Shown: positions 35,822-46,362, counted from the stretch's first letter. The stretch: DNA of 64,000 bases from a virus (IMGVR_UViG_3300042542_003367:1028-65027); one strand, 5' to 3'. Made by a program: numbers and translations. Notes: a model not told the origin generated them from the sequence alone.

Positions 35822-37191
35822 TGGTATCTGGTGCTGTATTAGATAGTCGTGGTGTTGGCGGTGGGTCTGGCGGTCAGATGCTGGAGTTGCGTGATATATA
35901 CCGTGGTATGACTGAGGATGAGCGTAAGTTATTTTTGAGTACTATGAGCAGTATTGAGTTGGAGACGTTTGTATATAACTGGGACGTGTGGGCGCGTGTG
36001 GGTCAGCGTTGGTGCGATATATTTCCTGATGACAGTAAGCCGATGACGTTGGTTTTGGCTGGCAGAGGGTGGGGCAAGAGTAGAGTTGGCGCAGAGATGG
36101 TCAAGGAAGCGGTTAAAAGGGGTGCGAAGCGGTTGTTATTTTTGGGTGCGACGAATATGGACGTGGTGAATACGATGATAGAGGGTGAGAGTGGTTTATT
36201 GAGTGTTTATCCGCATGGGAAGCAACCTGTTTATAAGGCTAACAAGAATCTTGTGGAGTTTCCGAATGGTGCGGTGGCTACGACAGCGAGTAGTGAGAGT
36301 CCTGAGCGCGTCCGTGGTGGTAACAACCATTTTATATGGGGTGACGAGTTGTGTGCGTGGAAGAATAACACAGCGGAAGAGATGTACAATCAGGCGATGT
36401 TGAGTTTGCGCAAGGGTATGACGCGGGGGATAATGACTACGACACCGAAGCCCACAGACTTATTGAAAGAGTTGTTGCGCGACCCGTTGTACCATGTGGT
36501 GCGTGGTAGGACTTATGATAACTTGGAGAACTTATCTGATATATTCATACAGCAGACCATTAAGAAGTACGAGGGGACTCGGCTTGGATTGCAGGAGTTG
36601 GAAGCGCAGGTGTTGGACGATGAGACGGGTGCGTTGTTTAAAACAGAGCATATTGGTTACAGTGGTGCGAGTATTTACGACATGATGGACTTGGTGGTGG
36701 CTGTAGACCCTGCTTGTGGTGAAGGTGTTAATAATGATGACACTGGTATTATAGTGGCGGGTCGTTGCAAGGAGAATATGTTCCACGTGTTTGCTGATAA
36801 GACGGGGAAGTACAGTCCTGCTGGTTGGGCGGCGGCTGTGGGTGATGCTTATAACAGATATGAGTGCAATGGTGTTGCCGCTGAGGTTAATCAGGGTGGT
36901 GACATGGTTGTTTATACGTTAAAGGTGCATAATATAGCGTTGCCAGTGCGTGTAGTGAGGGCGATGCGGGCGAAAGAGTTGCGCGCACAGCCTGTTATGT
37001 TGTATTATGAGCAGGGCAAAGGATTACATAAACCGGGGTTAGTTGAGTTAGAGAAAGAGATGACGACATGGATACCGGGGAGTAAGAAAAGCCCGAATAG
37101 ACTTGATGCGCTCGTGTGGGCGTTCTACGCGTTGTTCGAGAAGCCGTCATTGGGTCTGACGGTTGGGAGAGTAAACGATTATGGGAATTAA
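35818..37191 (+). CDS. terL: Terminase large subunit
   Basis: LAGRGWGKS Walker A, WGDE Walker B, TTTP, VAVDPA and NRLDALVWA nuclease motifs. Confidence 0.93.
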   Translation: MMVSGAVLDSRGVGGGSGGQMLELRDIYRGMTEDERKLFLSTMSSIELETFVYNWDVWARVGQRWCDIFPDDSKPMTLVLAGRGWGKSRVGAEMVKEAVKRGAKRLLFLGATNMDVVNTMIEGESGLLSVYPHGKQPVYKANKNLVEFPNGAVATTASSESPERVRGGNNHFIWGDELCAWKNNTAEEMYNQAMLSLRKGMTRGIMTTTPKPTDLLKELLRDPLYHVVRGRTYDNLENLSDIFIQQTIKKYEGTRLGLQELEAQVLDDETGALFKTEHIGYSGASIYDMMDLVVAVDPACGEGVNNDDTGIIVAGRCKENMFHVFADKTGKYSPAGWAAAVGDAYNRYECNGVAAEVNQGGDMVVYTLKVHNIALPVRVVRAMRAKELRAQPVMLYYEQGKGLHKPGLVELEKEMTTWIPGSKKSPNRLDALVWAFYALFEKPSLGLTVGRVNDYGN

Positions 37192-38557
37192 ATCCATGTT
37201 TAGCAGTGTATTATCTGCTTTAACGAACACAAACGGTCAGGTAAGCGACATTCCTATATCAAGTGATATGGGTATGAACGCTACTCGTGAATTTTCAATG
37301 AGCGGTCATCAGGTTGCGCCGAAGAATTGGAGTATTACGAACGCAATATTAGAGGGTTTTTCTGCCAGTGACGTAGTATATTCGTGCTGTCGGGTGTGGG
37401 GAGACTCTTTGGCACAGGTTCCTTTAATCGTTGAAGAGTTCGATGAGAAAGAGAAGCATTGGGCTTATAATCCGGTGCATCCTCTAAATGACATATTGCA
37501 ACGACCGAATCCATATATAGGTAGTTCAGAGTTGTTGGAAACGGGTTCTCACCACATTAATCTGGGTGGGAATCTTTTAACATGGGTTAACCGGACATTG
37601 TCTGGTGAGCCGGGTGAGTTATGGGCGTTAAATCCTTCTGAAATATTCGTGCTTCCTGACGCAAAGGGATACATTAAGGGATATGAGTATCGTCCGAATG
37701 GTGGTATGACACCGCCGATATTCTTATCTCCGAACAGCGTCATTCACGTGCGATTAGTAGACCCTGCTAATCCGTGGTGGGGCATGGCTCCATTGAAAGC
37801 GGCATCTATGACTGCTGATACAGACCGTGCGGCGATACAGTGGAATTATGAAGCGATGAAGAATCGTGCAGTGCCTGATTTCTTAGTATCTCCTGACGAG
37901 AACATGACGATGGAACAGCACGAGCAGTTCGTTACCGCAATGCGGAGAAGTTTGCAGGGCGCAATGAACGCTCGTAATCCGATGGTGTTGAGTGGTAAAG
38001 CCGCAGTACATAAATTAGGGTTTAACAGCGCAGAAATGGACTTTTTAGACACGCGGCGATTTAACCGCGAGAGTATTTGTGCTGTATTCAGGACTCCGGT
38101 TCCGTTGATTATCTTCGACCAGCAGGGTGGCTCGTTGAGTAACAACGTCAGCCCTGTTTATCGTTTCTTCTGGGAGCAGAATATGGTTCCAATGGTCAAT
38201 AAGATACTGGAGAGTTATAATCAGGTACTTATCCCTTATTATGACAAGACAAAAGGTAAAAAGCTGAGGATTGTGGCTGATTATGAGCAGATACCTGCGA
38301 TGGCGACGACATTATTGGACAAAGCAAAGACCGCATTAGTGCTGAGTCAAATAGGCATTCCGTTTAAACATATCAATAAAAGGCTTAAAATGGGGTTCCC
38401 GTTGGATATGGAGATGGAGCAAATTAATGTAAATCGCGGCACAGCTATTGACAGAACTCATTTAGATGAGGATAATACTCCCAGTGGTACTACAAACGGT
38501 AGTAGCGGGAGTTTACCACAGGCGGCTACAAGGGGTAAGAAAGATGGGCAAAGATAA
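37181..38557 (+). CDS. HK97-family portal protein
   Basis: VYSC, HPL..IL.RPNPY, G.APL, EMDFL..R......IC.VFR.P. Confidence 0.92.
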   Translation: MGIKSMFSSVLSALTNTNGQVSDIPISSDMGMNATREFSMSGHQVAPKNWSITNAILEGFSASDVVYSCCRVWGDSLAQVPLIVEEFDEKEKHWAYNPVHPLNDILQRPNPYIGSSELLETGSHHINLGGNLLTWVNRTLSGEPGELWALNPSEIFVLPDAKGYIKGYEYRPNGGMTPPIFLSPNSVIHVRLVDPANPWWGMAPLKAASMTADTDRAAIQWNYEAMKNRAVPDFLVSPDENMTMEQHEQFVTAMRRSLQGAMNARNPMVLSGKAAVHKLGFNSAEMDFLDTRRFNRESICAVFRTPVPLIIFDQQGGSLSNNVSPVYRFFWEQNMVPMVNKILESYNQVLIPYYDKTKGKKLRIVADYEQIPAMATTLLDKAKTALVLSQIGIPFKHINKRLKMGFPLDMEMEQINVNRGTAIDRTHLDEDNTPSGTTNGSSGSLPQAATRGKKDGQR

Positions 38558-39386
38558 ATTGGAATTTAAAAGTTTTCGATGTAACTTTGAACTCAAAGCA
38601 GTTGGTGACGATGAAAACGTCTTTGAGGGTTACGCGTCCGTGTTCGGCAACGTAGACAGTTACGGTGACGTGGTCTTGCCCGGGGCTTTCAAACGCACAC
38701 TCCAGAATCGCAAGAGCGCGAGGAATAAGTCCTTCCCTGTCTTGTGGCAACACAGTTCTTACGAGCCGTTTGGCTACACATTGGATATTGAAGAGGACAG
38801 CCACGGTTTAAAAGTTCGTGGTAAATTGATAGCTGAGTCCGGCGAAGCGAAACAGCGTCTTGCATTAGTTAAGGCAGGAGTTGTGGATGGCATGTCGTTT
38901 GGATACAGTGTAGTTGATGCTGAAAAAACAGATAACGAAGATGGATTTGCTGATATGAAAGGATGTCGCAGGAAGTTGAAGGAACTGAAATTGTATGAAG
39001 TAACTTTGACTAACATTCCCGCGAATGAGGAAGCTGGCGTATTAAGCGTAAAGAGTGCGGAAGAAATTATGGATGTGGTATCGCGATTATCTGCATTAGT
39101 GGAAGGCATGGCGAAGAAAGTAGATGAATTACAGGAAAAGCTGGATGGCGACGAGGATGATAACAACGGCAACAATGGTAATCCAGAAGATTTAGAAGGT
39201 AAGGCTGATGGCGATACTGGCGGCAACCCACCAGATGCTCCCCCTGTTGAAAGCAACGGAGAAGGTGGTTCTGTTAACAGTGATGAAGAAGCCTTGCTTG
39301 CGGCGTTATTGGAAAAGACGACTTCCATTAATGACGAGTTGGACGCTCTGGAATTACTAAATGCAATAAACAATGGGGGGCTATAA
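38544..39386 (+). CDS. HK97-family prohead protease
   Basis: FEGYASVFGNVDSYGD...GAF, LWQH, GMSFGY, LYEVT...PAN. Confidence 0.92.
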   Translation: MGKDKLEFKSFRCNFELKAVGDDENVFEGYASVFGNVDSYGDVVLPGAFKRTLQNRKSARNKSFPVLWQHSSYEPFGYTLDIEEDSHGLKVRGKLIAESGEAKQRLALVKAGVVDGMSFGYSVVDAEKTDNEDGFADMKGCRRKLKELKLYEVTLTNIPANEEAGVLSVKSAEEIMDVVSRLSALVEGMAKKVDELQEKLDGDEDDNNGNNGNPEDLEGKADGDTGGNPPDAPPVESNGEGGSVNSDEEALLAALLEKTTSINDELDALELLNAINNGGL

Positions 39387-40624
39387 TGTCAGAAGTATTG
39401 AAACAATTAGAAGCCGCTTTGCTGGCTAACAAGGAAAAGACTGATAAAGTTCTCACCGAAAGTGCTAATCGCGCTGAAAAGAGCGATGCTGAAATGGCTG
39501 AAATCAAAGCCGAGATTAAGGCACTACAGGAAGAGAACTCCAAGCTGACGGCGAAACTCGGTGAAACAGATACTGCTCGTAAAGAGTATGAACTGAAAAT
39601 GAACCGGATTGAAGCCAGTTCTGCGAAACGGGAAGAAATGCAGACCAAGTCACTCGGTGAAAAGTGGGTTGAGTCCGATATGTGGGCAGAAGTTAAGGCC
39701 AAGGGCGGCACAGTCGTTCGCACAGACGACCTCATGTTAGGCGACCTGTACGAATTGAAAACACTGTCCAATCCGGCGACTCCAGACCCGACAATTCCTT
39801 TCTACAACCCGTACAATCGCGGCTTCATCATGCCGCAGATGCGCGACCTTATCATGCGCGACCTGTTGAATGTAGTTCCGACCACATCCAACAACATCGA
39901 ATATGAAGAAGAGTCCGTGTTCACCAACAACGCGGCTGTAGTTGCGGAATCCGGTTTGAAACCGCAGAGCAACATTTCATTCACCAGCAAGAATGCGACC
40001 ATTCGCACTATTGCGCACTGGATACCTTTCACCAACCAGTTCTTGGATGACAATCCTCGTATGATGAGTTATGTAAATAACCGCATGATGCGCGGACTGC
40101 AAGAAAAAGAAGAATACGAGATGATGTACGGTACTGATACCGACACTTCACTTCGTGGTATCTTCGGCGCACCGGGTGTTCAGACCTACGCATGGTCGGA
40201 AGGCGATGCTGGCGACACACGTATGGACGCAGTTTTGATGGCGATGTTGAAAGTAACCAACGCTCTGTATAAAGCAGATGGTTTGGTTATCAACCCGAAC
40301 GACTACGCCAAAATCAAAAAGGCGAAAAACGACAACGGCGATTACCTGTATCCTTCATTGGTTACTGGCGAAAATCCGCGCATCTGGGGTCTTACTCCGG
40401 TTGAGTCTCTGTCAATTAACGAAGGCGAGTTCCTTGTGGGCAACTTCGGTATGGCGGCTGAACTATATAATAGAATGAGTGCCAGTATGCGTATAACGGA
40501 TGGTTACATGGACTTCGTAGTTCGCAACAAGAAACTGCTTCTGGTTGAAAACAGAATACAACTAGTATTACTGCGACCGAGTGCATTCGTTACCGCTGAA
40601 TGGGATGAAGCACCGGGTTCGTAA
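39386..40624 (+). CDS. HK97-fold major capsid protein
   Basis: Coiled-coil delta domain, VAESGLKP, TIAHWIP, IWGLTPV, LRPSAFV. Confidence 0.93.
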   Translation: MSEVLKQLEAALLANKEKTDKVLTESANRAEKSDAEMAEIKAEIKALQEENSKLTAKLGETDTARKEYELKMNRIEASSAKREEMQTKSLGEKWVESDMWAEVKAKGGTVVRTDDLMLGDLYELKTLSNPATPDPTIPFYNPYNRGFIMPQMRDLIMRDLLNVVPTTSNNIEYEEESVFTNNAAVVAESGLKPQSNISFTSKNATIRTIAHWIPFTNQFLDDNPRMMSYVNNRMMRGLQEKEEYEMMYGTDTDTSLRGIFGAPGVQTYAWSEGDAGDTRMDAVLMAMLKVTNALYKADGLVINPNDYAKIKKAKNDNGDYLYPSLVTGENPRIWGLTPVESLSINEGEFLVGNFGMAAELYNRMSASMRITDGYMDFVVRNKKLLLVENRIQLVLLRPSAFVTAEWDEAPGS

Positions 40625-40649
40625 CCTGAATTGAGAGTAAAATCTCTAT

Positions 40650-40687
40650 AATCCCCGTAGGTTGAAGTTCTACGGGGATTTTTTTTT
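40650..40687 (+). terminator. Intrinsic terminator
   Basis: AATCCCCGTAG/CTACGGGGATT stem plus T-run. Confidence 0.9.
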
Positions 40688-40808
40688 GTAACAATTTTAC
40701 AATATTGTTGAAATATATGTCACAGATGTTGACTTTGTCAATAAAAAAAAAGTGAAATATTTTCCACTTAATATTGTATTTATAGGTTAAAAACTATATA
40801 ATATATTC

Positions 40809-42908
40809 ATGAGCAAGATTTCCTTTTGTATACCTTGGTATGATGGTGGATGTGCCAGACGCACAGAAATATTCAACTTATTAGTAGATTATTATACTAA
40901 TATAGTATCTCCTGTGTTTGATGGCGAAGTGGTAGTGGCTGGAGAGGATTGTGTTAACAATCGTTCTGCCGCAAGGAATGCTTGTTGTAAAAAAGCAACA
41001 GGTGATATTTTATTTTTTGTAGATGCTGATTGTCACCTATCAATAGATAGTATACGTGTCGCAATAGAAATGATTGCTGATAAGAGTGTAGGGATGGTAC
41101 AATATCAGCGTGTTAATTGGATAAGAGAAATATTAACACAAGAAATATTACGAGATAAAGATTTGTCTAAAATATGTTTGCAACCTGACCACGGTGATGT
41201 ATTATGGGGATTAGTATATGTTGTCAGGCGTGATGACTATCTAAATATTAATGGTTTTAATGAGCAATTCTATATGTGGGCGGAAGAAGACCCCGCGTTT
41301 CAGATAGCTATAGAAACATTAGTCGGTCGCATAGCCAGAGTTCCTAATAAATTTTATGCTTCACATTTAGAACACCCTCGTGGTCAGGAACACAGTATTC
41401 ATTCGGAATCATTTAAGCGTAACAGGTCTTTATGTAATAGGTACAGGGCTAATAAAGGCAACGTGCAAGCTATTCGCCAGCTACAGGGTCTCCCCGTAGA
41501 AATAATCTTAGATGGTTTGGTAGATGTGTATGCCACAGAGGAGCATTTCGCCGAACACATGGCTCCAGTGTTTTGCGAGTTGCACCGTCGCGGGTTCGCA
41601 GGTCATTTCTATTTAACATCCGAAGCGTTAAAGGGAGTGCAGGGAGTATTAAAACAGAATAGCTTTCCCATGCACAGCATTCATATAGTCGATACACTTG
41701 CTTCCGCCGTATATGAGATGTCTCGCCGTCGGGGGGCTATTTTATGTTCAGGCGCGGGGGACATGCGCGATATAGAGAAGTGTGGTCGTCCTGTTATATT
41801 AATGGAACATGGCGCGGGGCAGAGTTACTCCACAGACCATGCGAGTTATATCGGTGGGAAGTGGCGCGAGAAATGCGCTTTGATTATCGTTCCGCGTGAC
41901 GAGTGCAAAGAGAAGTCATTGCAGAAATACCCATATATCAACACAGTTGCCGCAGGTTGCCCGAAATTGGACTGGTATACAGGTAAAGAGGGCAAAGGTA
42001 AAGTTTGTATCTCTTTCCACTGGGACAGTAAATTCGCTCCAGAGTCCGTGTGGGCTTTCCCTGAATATAAAAATGTGCTTGGTAAGTTGAAGAAGTTTTT
42101 AACAGAGCGCGGAGTTGAATTGATAGGACACTGTCATCCCCGGGCGCGTCAGCAGGTTTATCCTGTGTACCGGAACTTGGGAATACGGATAGTAGAGAAA
42201 TTTTACGACGTGTGCGATGAAGCAGACGTTTATATCTGCGACAATAGTTCCACCATATTCGAGAGCGCGGCGATAGGGAAGAAAGTTATATTGCTGAACA
42301 GCAAGAAATATAGGAAGGACGTAGAGCATGGTTTGCGTTTCTGGTCTAAAGCAGGTGTGGGCGTTCAGGTAGACACTGCCGATACACTTATTGACATAGT
42401 CGGTCAAGTGTTGGATAATAAGGTGGCAATAGACAGTAGTATCATAACCACAGTCTATAATAATATAGGCAACGCGAGTAAAGTAGTCGTTGACGCGATA
42501 CTATCTACGCCAGCCTGTTGGGGGGTATCTGAGGTGAATGATGGTAAAATAACAGTAGTGGCTAACGTGCAGTTCTGCCACACAGGAGTCTTACTCAACG
42601 TCGGCGATGAGATACGTGTCACTGAAAAAGAAGCCATGCGTTTGGGAAGGACTTATAAGAGAGGTGTTCCGATGGCATCTGTTAAACCACAGAAACAGGC
42701 GGTAGTAATAGCGGGTAATCTGGAGATGACCGCTCCGGTGGAAGCGTCTGCCGAAATTATCGTTTCATCTGCTCCTGCCGAAGCAGATGATGCACCTACC
42801 GAAGCTGTAGAGGAGAAAGTTGACGATGTTGATAACATTGATAGCGATAATGCTGGAGATGATGCTCCTGCCGCGCCGAAGAAAAGTTCTCCGAGGAAAA
42901 AGAAATGA
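40809..42908 (+). CDS. Bifunctional glycosyltransferase (GT-A plus GT-B-like) with a C-terminal head-protein-like domain
   Basis: RSAARN, FVDAD, GFNEQF..W..ED GT2 motifs; MEHG, GCPKLD, HP, ADVYICDNSSTIFE..GKKV GT-B/TagF-like motifs. Confidence 0.85.
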   Translation: MSKISFCIPWYDGGCARRTEIFNLLVDYYTNIVSPVFDGEVVVAGEDCVNNRSAARNACCKKATGDILFFVDADCHLSIDSIRVAIEMIADKSVGMVQYQRVNWIREILTQEILRDKDLSKICLQPDHGDVLWGLVYVVRRDDYLNINGFNEQFYMWAEEDPAFQIAIETLVGRIARVPNKFYASHLEHPRGQEHSIHSESFKRNRSLCNRYRANKGNVQAIRQLQGLPVEIILDGLVDVYATEEHFAEHMAPVFCELHRRGFAGHFYLTSEALKGVQGVLKQNSFPMHSIHIVDTLASAVYEMSRRRGAILCSGAGDMRDIEKCGRPVILMEHGAGQSYSTDHASYIGGKWREKCALIIVPRDECKEKSLQKYPYINTVAAGCPKLDWYTGKEGKGKVCISFHWDSKFAPESVWAFPEYKNVLGKLKKFLTERGVELIGHCHPRARQQVYPVYRNLGIRIVEKFYDVCDEADVYICDNSSTIFESAAIGKKVILLNSKKYRKDVEHGLRFWSKAGVGVQVDTADTLIDIVGQVLDNKVAIDSSIITTVYNNIGNASKVVVDAILSTPACWGVSEVNDGKITVVANVQFCHTGVLLNVGDEIRVTEKEAMRLGRTYKRGVPMASVKPQKQAVVIAGNLEMTAPVEASAEIIVSSAPAEADDAPTEAVEEKVDDVDNIDSDNAGDDAPAAPKKSSPRKKK

Positions 42909-43306
42909 GTAACTATGTGCAGTACTACAGTACAGTAACAGTTGATGATGCTAAATCAGCCATACGCATTGACCCTGATGACGAGAGCCATGATACTATT
43001 ATCGGGTTTTATTTGTCAGCGGCGAAGAGCATGGCTGATAATTACTGTCAACAGCCGTCCTTCGCTCCGGCGGAGTCTGGAGATACTGTCACGATACCTG
43101 CTCCCGTGGAAGCGTGGGTTATTCAGACGACCGTGAGATTGTTTGAACAGCGTCAAACCGGAGTTAAGTCAGTAGATACGAAAGAGACTGAAAAGGTTGA
43201 ATGGAACGCTATTGACTTCGGGTTACTGCAACCATATCGCAACTTCTGGGCTGTAGCGGGTATTCCGCCAGCACCGGATGTTGATAACAACATATTGAGG
43301 GTATAG
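42905..43306 (+). CDS. Head-tail connector (gp6-like)
   Basis: AK..IRID...D...Y..AA....NY...LLQPYR. Confidence 0.8.
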   Translation: MSNYVQYYSTVTVDDAKSAIRIDPDDESHDTIIGFYLSAAKSMADNYCQQPSFAPAESGDTVTIPAPVEAWVIQTTVRLFEQRQTGVKSVDTKETEKVEWNAIDFGLLQPYRNFWAVAGIPPAPDVDNNILRV

Positions 43307-43307
43307 T

Positions 43308-43493
43308 ATGAAAGTAAAAATTTTGAAACCAGTGCTTGGTTTTTCTACTGCCAAAGTCGGGGACGTTATAGAGATGCCTGATTATATGGCGCATAAGTAT
43401 TTGCAGTTAGGTCTGATACAAGACCCGAATGCTCCTGCGAAAAAGAAAAGCAAGCGCGGTAAAAATGGTAAATTTGTAAAGGCGACAGAATGA
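43308..43493 (+). CDS. Small head-associated protein (ribosomal L9-N-like pattern)
   Basis: MKVKILK...KVGDVIEM...A..YL..GL and a Lys-rich tail. Confidence 0.65.
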   Translation: MKVKILKPVLGFSTAKVGDVIEMPDYMAHKYLQLGLIQDPNAPAKKKSKRGKNGKFVKATE

Positions 43494-43813
43494 AATTACC
43501 ACATTCCGTAAAGATACAATATAATAACGGTGGTGATGATGGTCAGGGCGGCGTAAGTGTAGAGTGGGAAGATTTAAGCGAGAACTCGCTCCCCGCTCAC
43601 GTTATACCGCTGGCAGGTCGTCGCCGTTTTTTTGCTCAGGCTATTCAGTCCGTCATAACGCATAAAGTAGTGATGCGATTTCGCTCAGACGTTAAGCCGG
43701 AGATGAGTGTTGTATATAAAGGGAAGAGATATATCATTTACAGCATTGTGGATGTTTCTACAGGTGCGAGTGACCAGCAGTATATGTCATTGGATTGCGA
43801 AGAGGTGGTATAA
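43490..43813 (+). CDS. Head closure protein (SPP1 gp16-like)
   Basis: DDGQGG...W...A.V.PL.GR...THKV.MRFR.D...M.V.Y.G..Y.I. Confidence 0.88.
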   Translation: MKLPHSVKIQYNNGGDDGQGGVSVEWEDLSENSLPAHVIPLAGRRRFFAQAIQSVITHKVVMRFRSDVKPEMSVVYKGKRYIIYSIVDVSTGASDQQYMSLDCEEVV

Positions 43814-45219
43814 TGCCGCCGATAAATCCAGCAGACTTAATAGTATTAGAATTTCTTAAATATGATTTAAGTCCTCTCACAGAGCGTGAGATTTCTGCCA
43901 TGATTAAAACGGGTAGTAAACCCACGCGGGTGCAGAGGTCAGAAAGATTTTTAGAGAAAGTAGACTGGAAATTTAAGGGTGCTGTATTATTATCTCCGCA
44001 GGGTAAAAAGTTCGTCGATTTGCAGAAGCAGGTCATGCGCATAGAAGAGAACGGTATTAAGTATAGAAACGCTCCGGCGAAATACGTTTTTAATAAAAGG
44101 GGCGACGTGTTCCTAAAAATTAACTTGCCGTCAGTAGATGACAAGCAGTTAGAAAGCTGGATTAAGACAGGTCTGGTTAATATAGGTAAATACCCTTCTG
44201 CAATCAGTAAATCTATAGATATAGCTTCTTTAAAGAGTCATCCACAGCACGATGAGATGCAGGACTATGTGCGTAAGTTAGATATACGTATCAGGGACGC
44301 TAAAAAGCATTTAACGCGTGAACAGACGCGCAAGACCTTCTCCCGCGCCACTAATTACTCAACCTTCGCACAGTCCATAATAGCGTTGCGCAAATATGCG
44401 CGAGAGGAATTAGGTCTGCCGTTAAAATATGTCAAGGATTATATAGAGCCGATATTCATGGAAGAGTTAGAACGGGCGGGTGTGCGTATGCTGGCGGAAG
44501 CGCGTCGATTAGTTCCGGCTCCGGCAACAGTACCTCGTGTAACCGTTCCGTCGCTGGCAGGTCGTGACTTCTCATATAAATATAACAGAGAAAATAAAGT
44601 CTGGGAGCCGACTCGTCCGGTGCAGATGCGCAAGAAAGCGTCGCGGTATTTAACAGCCGCCTTAGGATTTGAACGTGTGGAGAGACTGTCGAAATATGGA
44701 TTTATAGACGTGTCGTTGCCTACAGAGCGTCAAATTAAACGTGCTGGCGGTAAACGTGCATTCGCCGCACAGGGACGGCAGGAAGCGAAGCGTACAACAT
44801 CTTTACACATGTCAGGAAAACGTCTACATGAGAGTCATAAAACAGATATGGATGGCAGGTCTACAGGTAAGCTGAGAAGCAGTTTATTTTTCAGAGTTAC
44901 GAAAGAATATGACATTGTCATGGGTGCGAACAATACAGAGTACTGGACAGACGTTGAATTCGGTACAGGCAAGCGGGGGAAAGATTATAATCATCCGCCA
45001 AAGATAGGTCGCGGAAAGTATTGTTATGTGGGTAAAGGTGTGACACGAGAAAGCACTGCTCGTGATGGTTATAATATGAGAAAGCCCGGGATGCGGGCGC
45101 AACCATATATCTATCCATCTTATATGAAAGAAGTTAAGCCTTTTTTTAGTAGAGTGCGTCGTATTATTGACAAAATGGCAGAAACTTATCATAATGGTGG
45201 TCAAGGGAAGTTGTTATGA
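43813..45219 (+). CDS. Greatly enlarged HK97 gp10-like tail completion protein
   Basis: TGKLRSS, EY...VEFGTG, GMRAQPYIYPS at the C-terminus; TAATG overlap start. Confidence 0.7.
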   Translation: MPPINPADLIVLEFLKYDLSPLTEREISAMIKTGSKPTRVQRSERFLEKVDWKFKGAVLLSPQGKKFVDLQKQVMRIEENGIKYRNAPAKYVFNKRGDVFLKINLPSVDDKQLESWIKTGLVNIGKYPSAISKSIDIASLKSHPQHDEMQDYVRKLDIRIRDAKKHLTREQTRKTFSRATNYSTFAQSIIALRKYAREELGLPLKYVKDYIEPIFMEELERAGVRMLAEARRLVPAPATVPRVTVPSLAGRDFSYKYNRENKVWEPTRPVQMRKKASRYLTAALGFERVERLSKYGFIDVSLPTERQIKRAGGKRAFAAQGRQEAKRTTSLHMSGKRLHESHKTDMDGRSTGKLRSSLFFRVTKEYDIVMGANNTEYWTDVEFGTGKRGKDYNHPPKIGRGKYCYVGKGVTRESTARDGYNMRKPGMRAQPYIYPSYMKEVKPFFSRVRRIIDKMAETYHNGGQGKLL

Positions 45220-45611
45220 GTATTCCGCAATCCCTGCCGCTCAATGAGTTGCAGGTGTATGTGTACAATACTATAAAGTCTATCACTGGAGCGTCGGTTT
45301 ACGACCATGTTCCTGACGATGCCGCTTATCCGTATTATGCCATCGGCGATTGTACTGTCGATGATAAGTCGTCAAAAACGCATAAAGCGGTTGAGGTGAC
45401 TCATCAGATAATGATGTTTTCATCCTCGTTAGGACAGAAAGAAGTGTTTACAATGGCTAACAACGTTTTAGAGAAGTTCGTTGACTCTCTTCGTATAGAA
45501 CTTAACGGGTTTCAAATAATAGACGTTCAGTTGGCTCCTTGTACTTTTTCAAAGACCGATGAAATCAGAATAGGCGAAATCAACTTGCGGTTCCATATAG
45601 TTCAATACTAA
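45216..45611 (+). CDS. Tail terminator (DUF3168-like)
   Basis: VYDHVP..A.YPY..IG; gene position. Confidence 0.85.
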   Translation: MSIPQSLPLNELQVYVYNTIKSITGASVYDHVPDDAAYPYYAIGDCTVDDKSSKTHKAVEVTHQIMMFSSSLGQKEVFTMANNVLEKFVDSLRIELNGFQIIDVQLAPCTFSKTDEIRIGEINLRFHIVQY

Positions 45612-45629
45612 TGGAAAGGAGAAATTTCA

Positions 45630-46313
45630 ATGGGTGCTTTAATAGGTAAAGACTTACTCGTAACCATCGGTGGTGTTCCCATTGCTGGTCAGCGTGAATG
45701 CTCACTGTCTTTTGACCGTGACAATATCGACATCACCTGCAAAACTGACTGGGCGGCTGACGCTGGCGAAGTAGGATTAGGTCTGCGACGTTCAGTAACA
45801 GGCTTCGGCAACTGGCGTGTAACCGCTGGCGGTGTTATCTTTGCGGGAGACAGTGCAATCGGTCAGTTGCAGACAGCCATGCTGAATGCCGCGACCGTAA
45901 CTGTGCAGTTTAACCTCGGCGCAGGGCAGACTTATTCCGGTGAAGTTCATATTACCCGTTTAGAACAGTCCGGTTCATTGGGTGATGTTGCGACTTACTC
46001 CTGCGATTTTCAGGGTGCAGGTTCACTTAATGAAGATGAGCCAGCGGTCTATCAGCCCGCAACTTTTGTTACTGAAAACTTCGTGTATGTTTCCGGCACT
46101 GCTGGTGCTGGTGAATATACCGATGACGGTGCAATCGCTCTGGCTGACACTCCGATTGCTGGTTCAGTTACTGTTCTGGCAGACAACTACACCATTAACG
46201 CTGGTTCCGGCGATGATGAATACACCATTCTTGGTGATGCCATCACCCTCGGCGCGACCATCGTTGCGGCTCACGCATGGGTACGTGTATCCTACAGCGT
46301 AGAACCTGCTTAA
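45630..46313 (+). CDS. Major tail tube protein (TP901-1-like) with C-terminal extension
   Basis: IAGQR..SL....IDIT.K, W, YSG...IT.LE, ATYS..FQGAG.L. Confidence 0.88.
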   Translation: MGALIGKDLLVTIGGVPIAGQRECSLSFDRDNIDITCKTDWAADAGEVGLGLRRSVTGFGNWRVTAGGVIFAGDSAIGQLQTAMLNAATVTVQFNLGAGQTYSGEVHITRLEQSGSLGDVATYSCDFQGAGSLNEDEPAVYQPATFVTENFVYVSGTAGAGEYTDDGAIALADTPIAGSVTVLADNYTINAGSGDDEYTILGDAITLGATIVAAHAWVRVSYSVEPA

Positions 46314-46331
46314 TCTGGTAGCGTTGCATCC

Positions 46332-46362
46332 GCCCCCTGCTCCGGCGGGGGGCATCGTTTTT
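46332..46362 (+). terminator. Intrinsic terminator
   Basis: GCCCCCTGC-TCCG-GCGGGGGGC stem followed by T-run. Confidence 0.7.
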
